The notes beneath the pieces are model-generated. The model was given only the letters and a program-made list of their open reading frames with translations, had not been told where the DNA came from and did not search any database. From assembly GCA_026770705.1 (NCBI GenBank), contig JANJGN010000071.1, positions 1,860,001 through 1,924,000 on the forward strand: a stretch of DNA of 64,000 bases, given 5' to 3'. Source of the stretch: Isurus oxyrinchus (taxonomy: Eukaryota). The position numbers were made by a program, and so were the translations under genes. This document shows positions 11,993 to 22,160 of this stretch, one piece after another; the stretch's first letter is position 1; every line of letters starts with the position of its first letter.

Positions 11993-13526
11993 GTAGGTGG
12001 AAATTCATTCCTTATTTTAAGGTTTCTCCCTGCTCGTTTCTTCCACAGAAAGTTTTCTGATTTCAAGCTGATTTCAGTGGCAGTCTGTCTCGGTTATACT
12101 CAGGAGGCAGGTTTGAAATCGAGCCCCCCCCGCCCCCTTTTTTTGCAAAGCTGGGAAGAGGCAATTCCAAGGAAGTGAACATATCCCCACAGGAATTTTA
12201 AATGTAACCCACGCCGGGAATAGTGAGAGGGAGACTGATCCAGCCTGGGAGTGGGTTAAAGAGAGGCTGGGAGTCGAGAGTCGGAGAGAGGGATGGAATG
12301 GGGGAGGGAGGGATTGGAAGAGAGAGACAGAGAGTGGGACGGGGAGGGGTGAAAGGGAAAGAACATAGGTGGGAGAGAGTGACAGAGGGAGAAATTAAAG
12401 AGATGCAGAGTGAGGGAAAGTGAAAAGGGAAGAGAGATTGTCCAAGAGAGAGAAATTAACAGGAAAGGGAGAGTTACAGAGTGAGCGAAAGGTACAAAAA
12501 TAGTGTGAGAGAGAGGGAGAGATACAGAGTGGGAGAAGGAGACAGGGGAGAGAGAGGGAGAGAGACAGGAAAAGGGAGAGAGGAGAGAAAGATTGGGAGA
12601 GAGGGCAATTGAGCGGAAGAGTAGGAGAGAGAGAGACAGGGAGAGGAGGAGTGGATGAGAGGAAGAGAGAGAGAGATATGGAGCAGGAGAACACCTCCTC
12701 CGGTCCCGATGTTCCTCCAAAATCTCTGACATTACTGCATCTCCCGGGTCCCCCTGATTCCCATCGCTCCACCATTGGTGGCCGTGCCTTCAGCTGCCTG
12801 GGGCCCTGAGCTCCGGAATACCCTCCCTTAACCTCTCTGCCTCTCTCTCTCTCTCTCCTTTAAGACGCTCCTTAAAAACTGACATCTTTGACCAAGCTTT
12901 TGGTCACCTAACCCTAATATCTCCATATGTGACTCAGTGTTAGACTTCTCTCTGATTTACGCTCCGGTAATGTGGGCTGGGACATTTTGCAATGCCAGAG
13001 GCGCTGTGTAAATGCAAGTTGTGAGTGTTATGTGGAAGGGAGACCCCAGGCGGCAGTCAGTGCCAGAGACTGGAGTCATTGTGCGCAGACCGTATCTAAT
13101 CTCTCCGAATGCACAATCGGTTTGACTGTCAGCCAAAGCACTTTTGATATTTGATCCTTCTAACTGTTTATAACCAGGCCTACATCAAACACCGAGAGGC
13201 TGGTTAATCAACAGACACCTTAGAGGATCGAGTGAAAGACAAAGAGGACTTGCATTTCTCTAGCGCCTTCCAACACATCAGGACGTCCCAAAGTGTTTCG
13301 CAGACAATCAAGTGCTTTTTTTCTTTCATGTCAGGTCACTGATGTACTGTGGGAAAAGAATCAGCCATTGGCGCACAGTAAGATCCCACAGACAGCGGCA
13401 TGATAATGACCAGCGCGCTCCCAGTACTTGCACTGCAAGTGTCAGTTCAGGATGTGTGCTCGATTCTCTGCAACTCTCAGCTCTGAGTTAAAAGGACCAC
13501 CAGGCATAATTGAGAAATTACCGAGC

Positions 13527-14075
13527 TGTCGGAGGGTCAGTACCGGCGGGGGGGCAGGACAGTCGGAGGGTCAGTACTGAGGGGGTGCTGCATTGTCAGA
13601 CGGTCAGTCTTGGAGTGCTGCACTGTCAGAGGGTCAGTACCGGCGGGGGACTGCACAGTCGGAGGGTCAGTACTGAGGGGGTGCTGCATTGTCAGACGGT
13701 CAGTACTGAGGGAGTGCTGCACTGTCAGAGGGTCAGGGTTAAGGGACTGCTGCACTGATGGAGGGTCAGTACTGAGTGAGTGCTGCACTGTCAGAGGGTC
13801 AGTGCTAAGGGAGTGCTGCACTGTTGGAGGGTCAGTACTGAGTGAGCGCTGCACTGATGGAGGGTCAGTTCCGAGGGAGTGCTGCACTGTCAGAGGGTCA
13901 GTGCTAAGGAAGTGCTGCACTGTCAGAGGGTCAGTGCTAAGGAAGTGCTGCACTGTACAGAGGGAGTGTGAGACTGACAGAGAGTCAGTAATGAGGGAGT
14001 GTGAGACTGACAGAGGGTCACTATTGAGGATGTGCTGCACAGTCCGGGGGGTCAGTACTGAGGGAGCACTGCACT
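13527..14075. repeat. 29-bp minisatellite (reverse orientation)
   Basis: Tandem 'gagggtcagtactgagggagtgctgcactgtca'. Confidence 0.95.
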
Positions 14076-14221
14076 GACATAGGTGGTTTCTTTCAGATGA
14101 CATGAGAGAGAGGGTTAAACCCACTGAGACAAGACTGACACTAATGAGGCTGCTCAATAATTTAACCCTATCAGTGCCAGTAAATAATGTGAGGATGTCT
14201 TCTGTTTCCATTTCTCTGTAG

Positions 14222-14470
14222 GGTAAACAGAACGTGCTGATTACTGAGCCCCGGAACACAACCAGAGACACAACTAGTGAGGGGGAGACCCCAGCTCCCC
14301 GGGGTCTCTCTGAAGGTGCATCGGGAGGCGATGCTGGACATTGGCACATCGACAATCCCAACGGCCTTCTCTACGCCAATCCCCAAGTATTGAGGATGTC
14401 CAGTGATGATGGGTCTGTCCACAGGGAAGAGGAGACGGAATACGCACAGATCAGGTTCGAGCATAACTGA
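14222..14470 (+). pseudogene. Orphan Siglec terminal cytoplasmic exon (LLYANP..TEYAQI)
   Basis: Acceptor tgtag|GGT, 249-nt open frame to TGA, paralogous to 35416-35664; no TM exon upstream. Confidence 0.8.
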
Positions 14471-14667
14471 ATGAGAAATGGGGAGTGGGAGTGAGGAGGT
14501 GTGGGGGTGGGGGTAGTGATTGAGATTCCTGGGAACAGGAAACAACCCACTGGGGGAGAGGGGGAGAGAGGGAGGAAGGGATGCGATTGGGCTGCGGTTG
14601 GTGTGGTTTGGAATGAAATGCTTCTCCAGAGAGGACTGGATGCTGAGCCACTGGGGATAGAGATTCA

Positions 14668-14708
<41 letters not shown>

Positions 14709-15059
14709 TCTTTGTCTTTCTTTCTGTGTCTGTCACTCATTCTCTATCTCCAGCTCCTCCTTTAAGATGCCCGTTAATAACTGACTTTGTTGACTCAGCT
14801 GTTGGTCTCCTGTCCCTTATATCTCCTCATGTGCCTCAGAGTCAGGTGAAGATGTGACTAACAATTCCCGGATGAGCCTTGGGACATTTTGCTACATTAA
14901 AGCTCCTATATAAATGCAAGTAGTTGCAGTAAGTCTGATCTGCTTCGATTAACAATGGAACCACAAAGGCTCCTTCGACAGGGCGTGTGTGCAGGAGGAT
15001 CCCAATAAATACATTGAGCTGTGAGATTTTTAATTCTTACATCGAATGTGGCTGTCACT

Positions 15060-15490
15060 GGTGATGCCAGCATTAATGCCCATCCCTAATTGCCCTTGAG
15101 AAGGTGGTGGTGATCAGCCTTCTTGACCCGCTGCAGTCCATGTGGTGTAGGTACACCCACAGTGCTGTTAGGGAGGGAGTTCCAGGATTTTGACCCAGTG
15201 ACAGTGAAGGAACGATGATATATTTCCAAGTCAGGATGGTGAGTGGCTTGGAGGGGAACTTCCAGGTGGTGGTGTTCCCATGTGTCTGCTGCCCTTGTCC
15301 ATCTAGATGGTAGAGGTCGTGGGTTTGGAAGGTGCTGTTGAAGGAGCCTTGCTGAGTTGCTGCAGTGCATCTTGTAGATGGTACACACACTGCTGCCACT
15401 GTGTGTTCGTGGTGGAGGGAGTGAATGTTTAATGTGGTGGATGGGGTGTAGATCAATCGGGCTGCTTTGTCCTGGATGGTGTCAAGCTTC
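15060..15490 (-). mobile_element. LINE 3' fragment
   Basis: Minus-strand 'DTIQDKAARL..HSLHH..TVAAVC..YKMHCS'; duplicate at 57440-57880. Confidence 0.7.
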
Positions 15491-15627
15491 TTGATTCTGT
15501 GCTTTGTATAGAACTGATTTAAAGAGACAGTCCCAGTCGTTGGTCTAAGATTACAGTGGGCTCTGTGTCTGTGCTACACTGACTCTCTGCTATATGATAA
15601 CCACAGTGTGATATTTTGTTATTTCAG

Positions 15628-15709
15628 GAGAAAGACAGCGATGGAGGAGAGAGTTTCAGGGACCAGTGACATTGTATTGACCCCCAGTCCACTCTCTGTG
15701 AAGCACCAG
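15628..15709 (+). pseudogene. Orphan Siglec juxtamembrane cytoplasmic exon (RKTAMEERVSGTSDIVLTPSPLSVKHQ)
   Basis: 82-nt phase 2/0 exon, paralogous to 34295-34376 and 58018-58099; no TM exon upstream. Confidence 0.8.
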
Positions 15710-15844
15710 GTACAGGAGCTGTTTACACTCACTCCAAAGCTTCTATCTCAGTGTGTAGACAACACATGTCCCAGATTCCCAGCCCAGTTACCCACTGATT
15801 TGTACCTGTGGAGTCAGCAATGGTTCAGTATCATGCTGTCTCTC

Positions 15845-16605
15845 TGTTATGACACAGCAACTGGTAAAGGCTGTTGTTTAAAATCCCAGAGGGAAACTTT
15901 AAACAACTGTCATAACCTATATTTCCCAGTGGAATGTTTGAGATGCAGCTCTAAATTCAGGAATAAGACCATCAGTTCTTGAGATGGGTTTATATCAAAC
16001 TACATGAGACATTTATTAATTTTCACAAGTTGATCATATGCACATGGCTACAAGCTAGTACTATCATAACTTTTTAACAAATTCCCAAACTAACGTCCTC
16101 TAAGACAACCCATAGACTTTAAGCAGATTCCAAGCGAAGCATTTTCACCTCACAAATTCCAAATGAGGTTCCTTTCACTTTGGTTCCTTTGCAGACAGGT
16201 GTAGGCTTACAGCTGCTTTGATGTTACAAGCCTCTGCTCTGCACACACACATACTGCTCAAGTTATACCCAGCTCTTCTCTTTGAATGTAAATTCTCATT
16301 GTATCATCAGGACCTTTGATCTCCATCTCTTCTAACTATAAATCCCGTTTCATAGTATCAATTTTATTAGTAATATAAACATTGATTGGTTTAAGAATTC
16401 ACTCCCAGGCTTTGAATCCTCCTTTTAAAAATGCAATATGCCTCTTTACCTCTTTGTTTACATCTCAAAACTACTATACATAAAAGTACCCAGACCGGCT
16501 GTCTTTAATCCAATTAAAACACACACACACACACCCACAGACTAAACCTCTGTTTAAAAAGACAATTTCCAATTACAATACATACATTAATAGATTCATA
16601 ACGCT
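15845..16605. mobile_element. Solo-LTR-like element (family also at 20214-21031, 58236-58968, 62150-62979; inverted copies at 35956-36850 and ending at 40540)
   Basis: Begins tgttatgac and ends ..tcataac; shared 5' block 'ggtaaaggctg..aaatcccagagggaaa..aaacaactgtcataac'. Confidence 0.55.
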
Positions 16606-16732
16606 CAGTCTCTGACCCTTCATCTCTCTCTCTCTCTCTCATCCTCTCTCTGATTACAAGATTCATGTTATTGAGCCTCACACCAGGCACCTGAGTGCAG
16701 AATCCAAGCCGACACTCGCCAGAGCCATTACC

Positions 16733-17012
16733 GAGGGAGTGCGAGACTGACAGAGGGTCAGTACTGAGGGAGTGCTGCACTGTCAGAGGGTCAGTACTGA
16801 GGGAGTGTTGCACTGTCAGAGGGTCAGTACTGAGGAAGACCTGTACTGTCGGAGGGTCAGTACTGAGGGAGCGCTGCACTGCTGGAGGGTCAGTACTGAG
16901 GGAGCGCTGCACTGTCGGAGGGTCAGTACTGAGGGAGTGCTGCACTGTTGGATGGTCAGCATTGAGGAAGTGCTGCACTATCGAAGGGTCAGTACTGAGG
17001 GAGCACTGCACT
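16733..17012. repeat. 29-bp minisatellite
   Basis: Tandem copies upstream of a tail exon. Confidence 0.9.
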
Positions 17013-17158
17013 GCCATAGGTGTTTTCTTTCATAAGACATGTGAGAGAGGGTTAAACCCACTGACCCACGACTGACACTAACGAGGCTGCAGAATATTTT
17101 AACCCTATCAGTGCCAGTAAATGATGTGAGGATGTCTTCTGTTTCCATTTCTCTGTAG

Positions 17159-17407
17159 GGTAAACAGAACGTGCTGATTACTGAGCCCCGGAACACAACC
17201 AGAGACACAACTAGCGAGGGGGAGACCCCAGCTCCCCGGGGTGTCTCTGAATGTGCAGTGGGAGGCGATGCTGGACATGGGAACCCCGACAATCCCGACG
17301 AGTTTCTCTACGCCAATCCCCAAGTCTTCAGGGTGCCCAGTGGTGATGGGTCTGTCCACAGGGAAGAGCAGACGGAATACGCACAGATCAGATTCAAGAG
17401 AAACTGA
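17159..17407 (+). pseudogene. Orphan Siglec terminal cytoplasmic exon (FLYANP..TEYAQI)
   Basis: 249-nt open exon, acceptor ctctgtag|GGT, nearly identical to 59314-59562. Confidence 0.8.
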
Positions 17408-18539
17408 GCGTGAAAAAGGCAGAGGTGGTCAGGAGGTTTGTGGATGGTGGCAGGGATGAAGATTCTTGGGAACATGAGACAACCCACTGGGGGAGAGGGG
17501 GAGAGAGGGAGGAAGGGACTGAATGGGTCTGTGGTTGGTGTGGTTTGGAATGAAATGTTTCCCCAGTGACGACTTGATGCTGAGTCATTGGGGACAGAGA
17601 TTCAGTNNNNNNNNNNNNNNNNNNNNNNNNNNNNNNNNNNNNNNNNNNNNNNNNNNNNNNNNNNNNNNNNNNNNNNNNNNNNNNNNNNNNNNNNNNNNNN
17701 NNNNNNNNNNNNNNNNNNNNNNNNNNNNNNNNNNNNNNNNNNNNNNNNNNNNNNNNNNNNNNNNNNNNNNNNNNNNNNNNNNNNNNATTAACTGGCTTTG
17801 TGAAATCAGCTTTTTGTCACCTGTCCCTAATACCTCATTATGTGTCTCAGAGATGGATTTATATGTAGGTAACAATCCCCTGAAGAGATTTGGGACAGTT
17901 TGTTACATTAAGTGTGCCATATAAATGCAAGTTGTTGCAGGAAAGTTGATCTGCCTCGATTCAGAATGGTAATTCGGAGGGTCCATCGACAGGGCGTGTG
18001 TGCAACAGCCTCGCAATAAATGCATTGCACGGCAACAACTAAGCATGTCCTTTGATGCTGATGCATCCCAGTACTGCTGTGTGGACACATCACAACCGAG
18101 GGACTGCCTGACTGCGTGCAGCCAACATGGCCGAATAGTAATTAGCAGAAATGTGATGTCACTGAACTTTGTTGACATTTCAGAAAGTGCTTTCTGAATT
18201 CTGCAACTTGTTTATTCTGTGATAGATTACAAGAAGCCTTTGCATTTTCTATAATATTACATTTATTGTCACAAGGGATTGAAATGCCCAGACACCACCA
18301 CCTGGAAGTTCGCCTCCAAGACACACATCATCCTGATTTTGAAATATATCGCCATTCCTTCACTGCCACTTGGTCAAAATCTTGGACTTCCTTCTCTAAC
18401 TGCATTGTGGGTGTACCTACACCACATGGAGTGCAGAGGGTCCGGAAGGCAGCTCACCACCACCTTCTCAAGGTAATTAAGGATGGGCCATAAATGCTGG
18501 CCTAGCCAGTGATGCCCACTTCCCATGGAAGAATGAATA

Positions 18540-21440
18540 TATAAAATATAAAGTTGGAACAAATGAATGAAGTTATAGCACAAATAGAGATTAATGGGTA
18601 CGATAAGATGGACACTGCAGAGAGTTGGTTGCAAAGTGACCAAGGTTGGAAATTGAAAATTGAAGGATATTTGGAATCTTTGAAAGGATAGGAAAAATGA
18701 AAAGGAGGTGGGGTAGCTCTCTTAATAAAAGATGAGACCTGTAAAGTAGTGAGAAATGATTTTGGCTCAGATGTCAAGATGCACAGTCAGTTTGGGTGAA
18801 CATAAGGAATTGCAAGGGAAAGAAATCACTGGTGGGTTGGTTTATACTCCCCCCTGAATGTAGTTACACTGCAGGGGTAGATTATAAATCAATACATGAG
18901 GAGGTTTATGAGAAAGGCACCACATTAATCATGGGAGTTTTCAATCGTCATATGGATTAGCCAAATCAGATTAGCAAATGTAGCTTTCAGCGAGGTTATA
19001 CAGATTGTATTCAGGACAGTATTTTAGAACAATCCAACATGGAACCAACCAGGGAAGAGGCTGTTTTAGTCCTGGCAATGTTTAATGAGACAAGACTAAT
19101 TAACATCTCATTGTAAAGGACCCTCAAGGGAAGAGTAATCATACGGTGTTGAAATTTAATATTCAGTTTAGAAACTTGGGTCTTAAGCTAGTGTCATAAA
19201 CTTAACTAAAGGCAATTACAAGGGTTAAAAGTAGAGTCGGCCCAAGTAGAGTGGGACAGCAGGTTAAAGGGGGGTGGGTAGGTGAAGAGTAATAGGCATC
19301 TAAAGAGATGTTTCATAAATTCCAATGAAGATATTTTCCAGTAAGAAAGAAAGAATCTATAAAAAGGATGGAGCATCGGTGGCTAACTCAGGAAGCTAAG
19401 GACGGTATCAAATTGTGAGATAAAGCCGGCAATGTTGGGATGCTTAGTGATAGGCTGGAGATTGGGAATATTTGAGAAACCAGAAAAGTGAGGGGAGAAA
19501 TATAAGGAGGCAGAAATGATGATATGAGAGTAAACTAGCAAGAACCATAAACAATGACAGTGAGATGTTGTACATTAAAATAAGAGAGAAGCTACAGTAA
19601 TAATGGGACACATAGAAAATCAGACTGGGGAATTAATAATGGGAAACAGGAAATGACAGAGACTTTCAACAAGAATTTTGTGTCTGTCTTCACAGTAAAA
19701 ATCTCTAAAACCATCCCAATCGCAGGAGAAAGTCACGGTGCAACAAGGAGGGAGGAACATAAAACAATCACTATCACCAGAGAAAAAGTATTAAGAAAAC
19801 TAATGAGACAGATGCTGACAAGTCCCATGGAGCAGACGGCCTGAATGTGAGGGTCTGAAAGGAAATGGCTGCAGAGACAGTGGATGCATTGGTTGTAATC
19901 TTCCAGAATTCCTTAGAATATGGGAAGGTCCCAGCGGATTGGAAAAACATAAATAAAACACTTCTGTTCAATAAAGGGAGGAGGCAGAAAGCAAGAAACT
20001 ACAGGTCAGTTAGTCTAACATCTGTCATTGGGAAAATACCAGCATTCATTATGAAGGAGGGAGCAGCAAGACATTTAGAAAACCATAATTCAATCAGACA
20101 GAGTCAACATGGGTTTGTGAAAGGGATATCATGTTTGAAAAAATAATTAGATTTCCTCGAGGATGGAACAAGTGGATTGGATAAAGGGGAACCTGTAGAT
20201 GTGGTGTATTAGGGACTATGACACAGCCAAGGGTAAAGGCTGAGTTGTTCAAATCCCAGAGGGAAAATTGAAACAAATGTCATAACCCAATTTTGCTGTT
20301 TGTAATTTCGAGATGAAGACTTTGAATTCAGTAGGAATAAGACCACCGAGGATTGTGGGTTTTTTATATAAAACTAAATAAACCATTTATTAATTTAACA
20401 CATACACATTGGCTACAAATAACTACTATAATAACTTTTTAACAAATCCCCCAATTAATCACCCCCATGAAAATCTCTACTAAGGCAACAATGAACCATT
20501 GACATAATATAGACACCAGGCAAAGCACATTTGACATTACGAATTCCGAATGAGGTTCCTTTGCTAGTTGGTTGGAGGCTACAGGCTGGTTAGGTCTGAA
20601 ATGCTCCTGCCTCACACACACAAACTCCTTCCTTTATATAACTAGCTTTCCCTTTGAATGTAAATTTTCCATTGTATCACTCGGACTTCTGAACTCCAGC
20701 TCGTCGAACAATAAAACCCCCTTTCATAGCACCAATTTCATTAGTAAGTTCAAGAAAAAACACATCTTTTGGCTCCTTCTAACTAGGTGCAAGATTTTAC
20801 CCCCAGTCTGGAATGGTTTATTCAACAATTGCAAATGAACACTTTACTGTTCTCCTCACAATTCACCTAATTAACATCTCAAAACTACTAAACATCAAAG
20901 CACACAGACCAGCTGGCTTTAATCCAATTAAGACACACCCAGACTCACACCTATACATGGACCACCACTAGAATTCTATTTTAAATAATAATTTCCAAGC
21001 ACATTTTACACACAAATATCTCTTCATGACATTGGATTTCCAAAAGGCATTCGATAAGGTGCCACATCAAAGGACAATGCACAGGGTGAAATTGGATGGT
21101 GTTGGGGGGTATATATTAATACGGATAGAGGACTGGCTAACTGACAGGAAACAGAGAGCCAGGATAAATGGGTGATTTTCAGCTTGGTAAACTGTAACTA
21201 GTGGAGAGCCACAGGGATCAGTGCTGAGGCCTCAACTATTCACAATCTACATTAGTGACGTGGATGAAGAGACTGACTGTACTGTAGGCAGATTTTCTGA
21301 CTGTATGGTGAAGATAGGTAGGAAATATATAAGCTGTGCAGGAAAGCAAGTTGTGAGGAGGACACAAAGAGGCTGCAGAGGGAGATAAATAGTTTCAGTG
21401 AGTAGATAAAAAAATGAGTGGATGGAATACAAGGAATGAA
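18540..21440 (+). mobile_element. Decayed CR1 LINE ORF2 (endonuclease + RT), interrupted by an LTR-like insert
   Basis: Motifs NYRSVSLTSVIGK, QHGFVKG, VDVVY|LDFQKAFDKVPH (split at 20210/21032), GEPQGSVL; many stops. Partial duplicate at 61434-63380. Confidence 0.85.
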
Positions 21441-21544
21441 AATGTCAGGGTGTCCAGCTGATCCTACTTGTTCTGGTCTTATATTCTTATACAGACACAG
21501 GGTTTGCTGACAGTGCACAGCTAAGTGCTGTTCACTCACTTTGT

Positions 21545-21688
21545 TCCAACTTCCTCATTTTGGCTCACAGTGACACATCAGCCTTTTCTAATTTAATACA
21601 CAGATGGATCAGCACAGGATGAGGTCATTCAGCCCAAGCAGAGCGTGTGGGCAGTTCCTCCCCAGGCGAGCAGTCGGACAGGTCCTGG
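21545..21688 (+). promoter_or_regulatory. Putative TATA-less promoter and non-coding exon 1 of Siglec gene B
   Basis: PU.1-type box (reverse strand aaatgaggaagt, 21549-21560), second GAGGAA box at ~21655, strong donor CTGG|gtaagt at 21689; conserved in the gene D copy. Confidence 0.5.
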
Positions 21689-22120
21689 GTAAGTAACGGA
21701 ACGATTGGAATTCACTTCCACCACCAACACCGTCCTTTGTTGATGTTGTGACTTTATAAAGACAGATTCCAATGATCGATGCCTTTGAAAGATTTCTACT
21801 GATTATTGAGATCTGGGTGTGAGGCTCAAGTCTGTTGTACAGAACATCTTTCTAGCTCAAGGGACATGAGCTTGGGGACATCCAAGGTGGTGAAAGGTGC
21901 TATAGAAATGCAAGACCTTCATTGTTTTTCTTTCTGAAAGCCTTGTAACTCTCTGCAGAGCACCTATCATCCCACAGAGAATCAAATTAGTCTGTGAAGA
22001 TATTGTCTAAAAGCAGTTCTGATCTCTCAAGAGCATTCGTACAAGAGGTGAAGTCTCATTAACTCCTTTCTCTTTCAGAACTTCAGAGTTAGAAGCTGAG
22101 GAAATATCTGGGAGTGGACC

Positions 22121-22160
22121 ATGATCGGGAAATCTTTCTTCCTCCTGTCACTTCTGCAAG
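22121..22160 (+). CDS. Siglec-like gene B, signal-peptide exon (MIGKSFFLLSLLQ-V)
   Basis: Acceptor at 22078, 'gaccATGa' start, phase-1 donor CAAG|gtaa; joins in frame to the V exon. Confidence 0.85.

Noticed and set aside
12972-13154. Cys-containing ORF as the missing hepcidin exon 3
   Set aside because: Overlaps a SINE-like tail; lacks RxxR followed by the CxxCCxCC..CGxCC pattern and a good acceptor
13537-14361. Long Cys/His-rich ORFs such as RECCTVRGSVL and QHSLSTDPLTV (also at 1098, 16514, 26552, 34504, 41671)
   Set aside because: Translations of the 29-bp minisatellite in all frames; no splice or start context
15602-15640. CACAGTG heptamers (also ~21566, 34269, 57992) as V(D)J recombination signals
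   Set aside because: No nonamer at 12/23 spacing; the V exons are complete and end in splice donors
18000-18197. Cys-rich ORF (also 60150-60422) as a peptide exon
   Set aside because: Lies in the Siglec 3' UTR region; Cys spacing matches no family I recognise; no convincing splice sites
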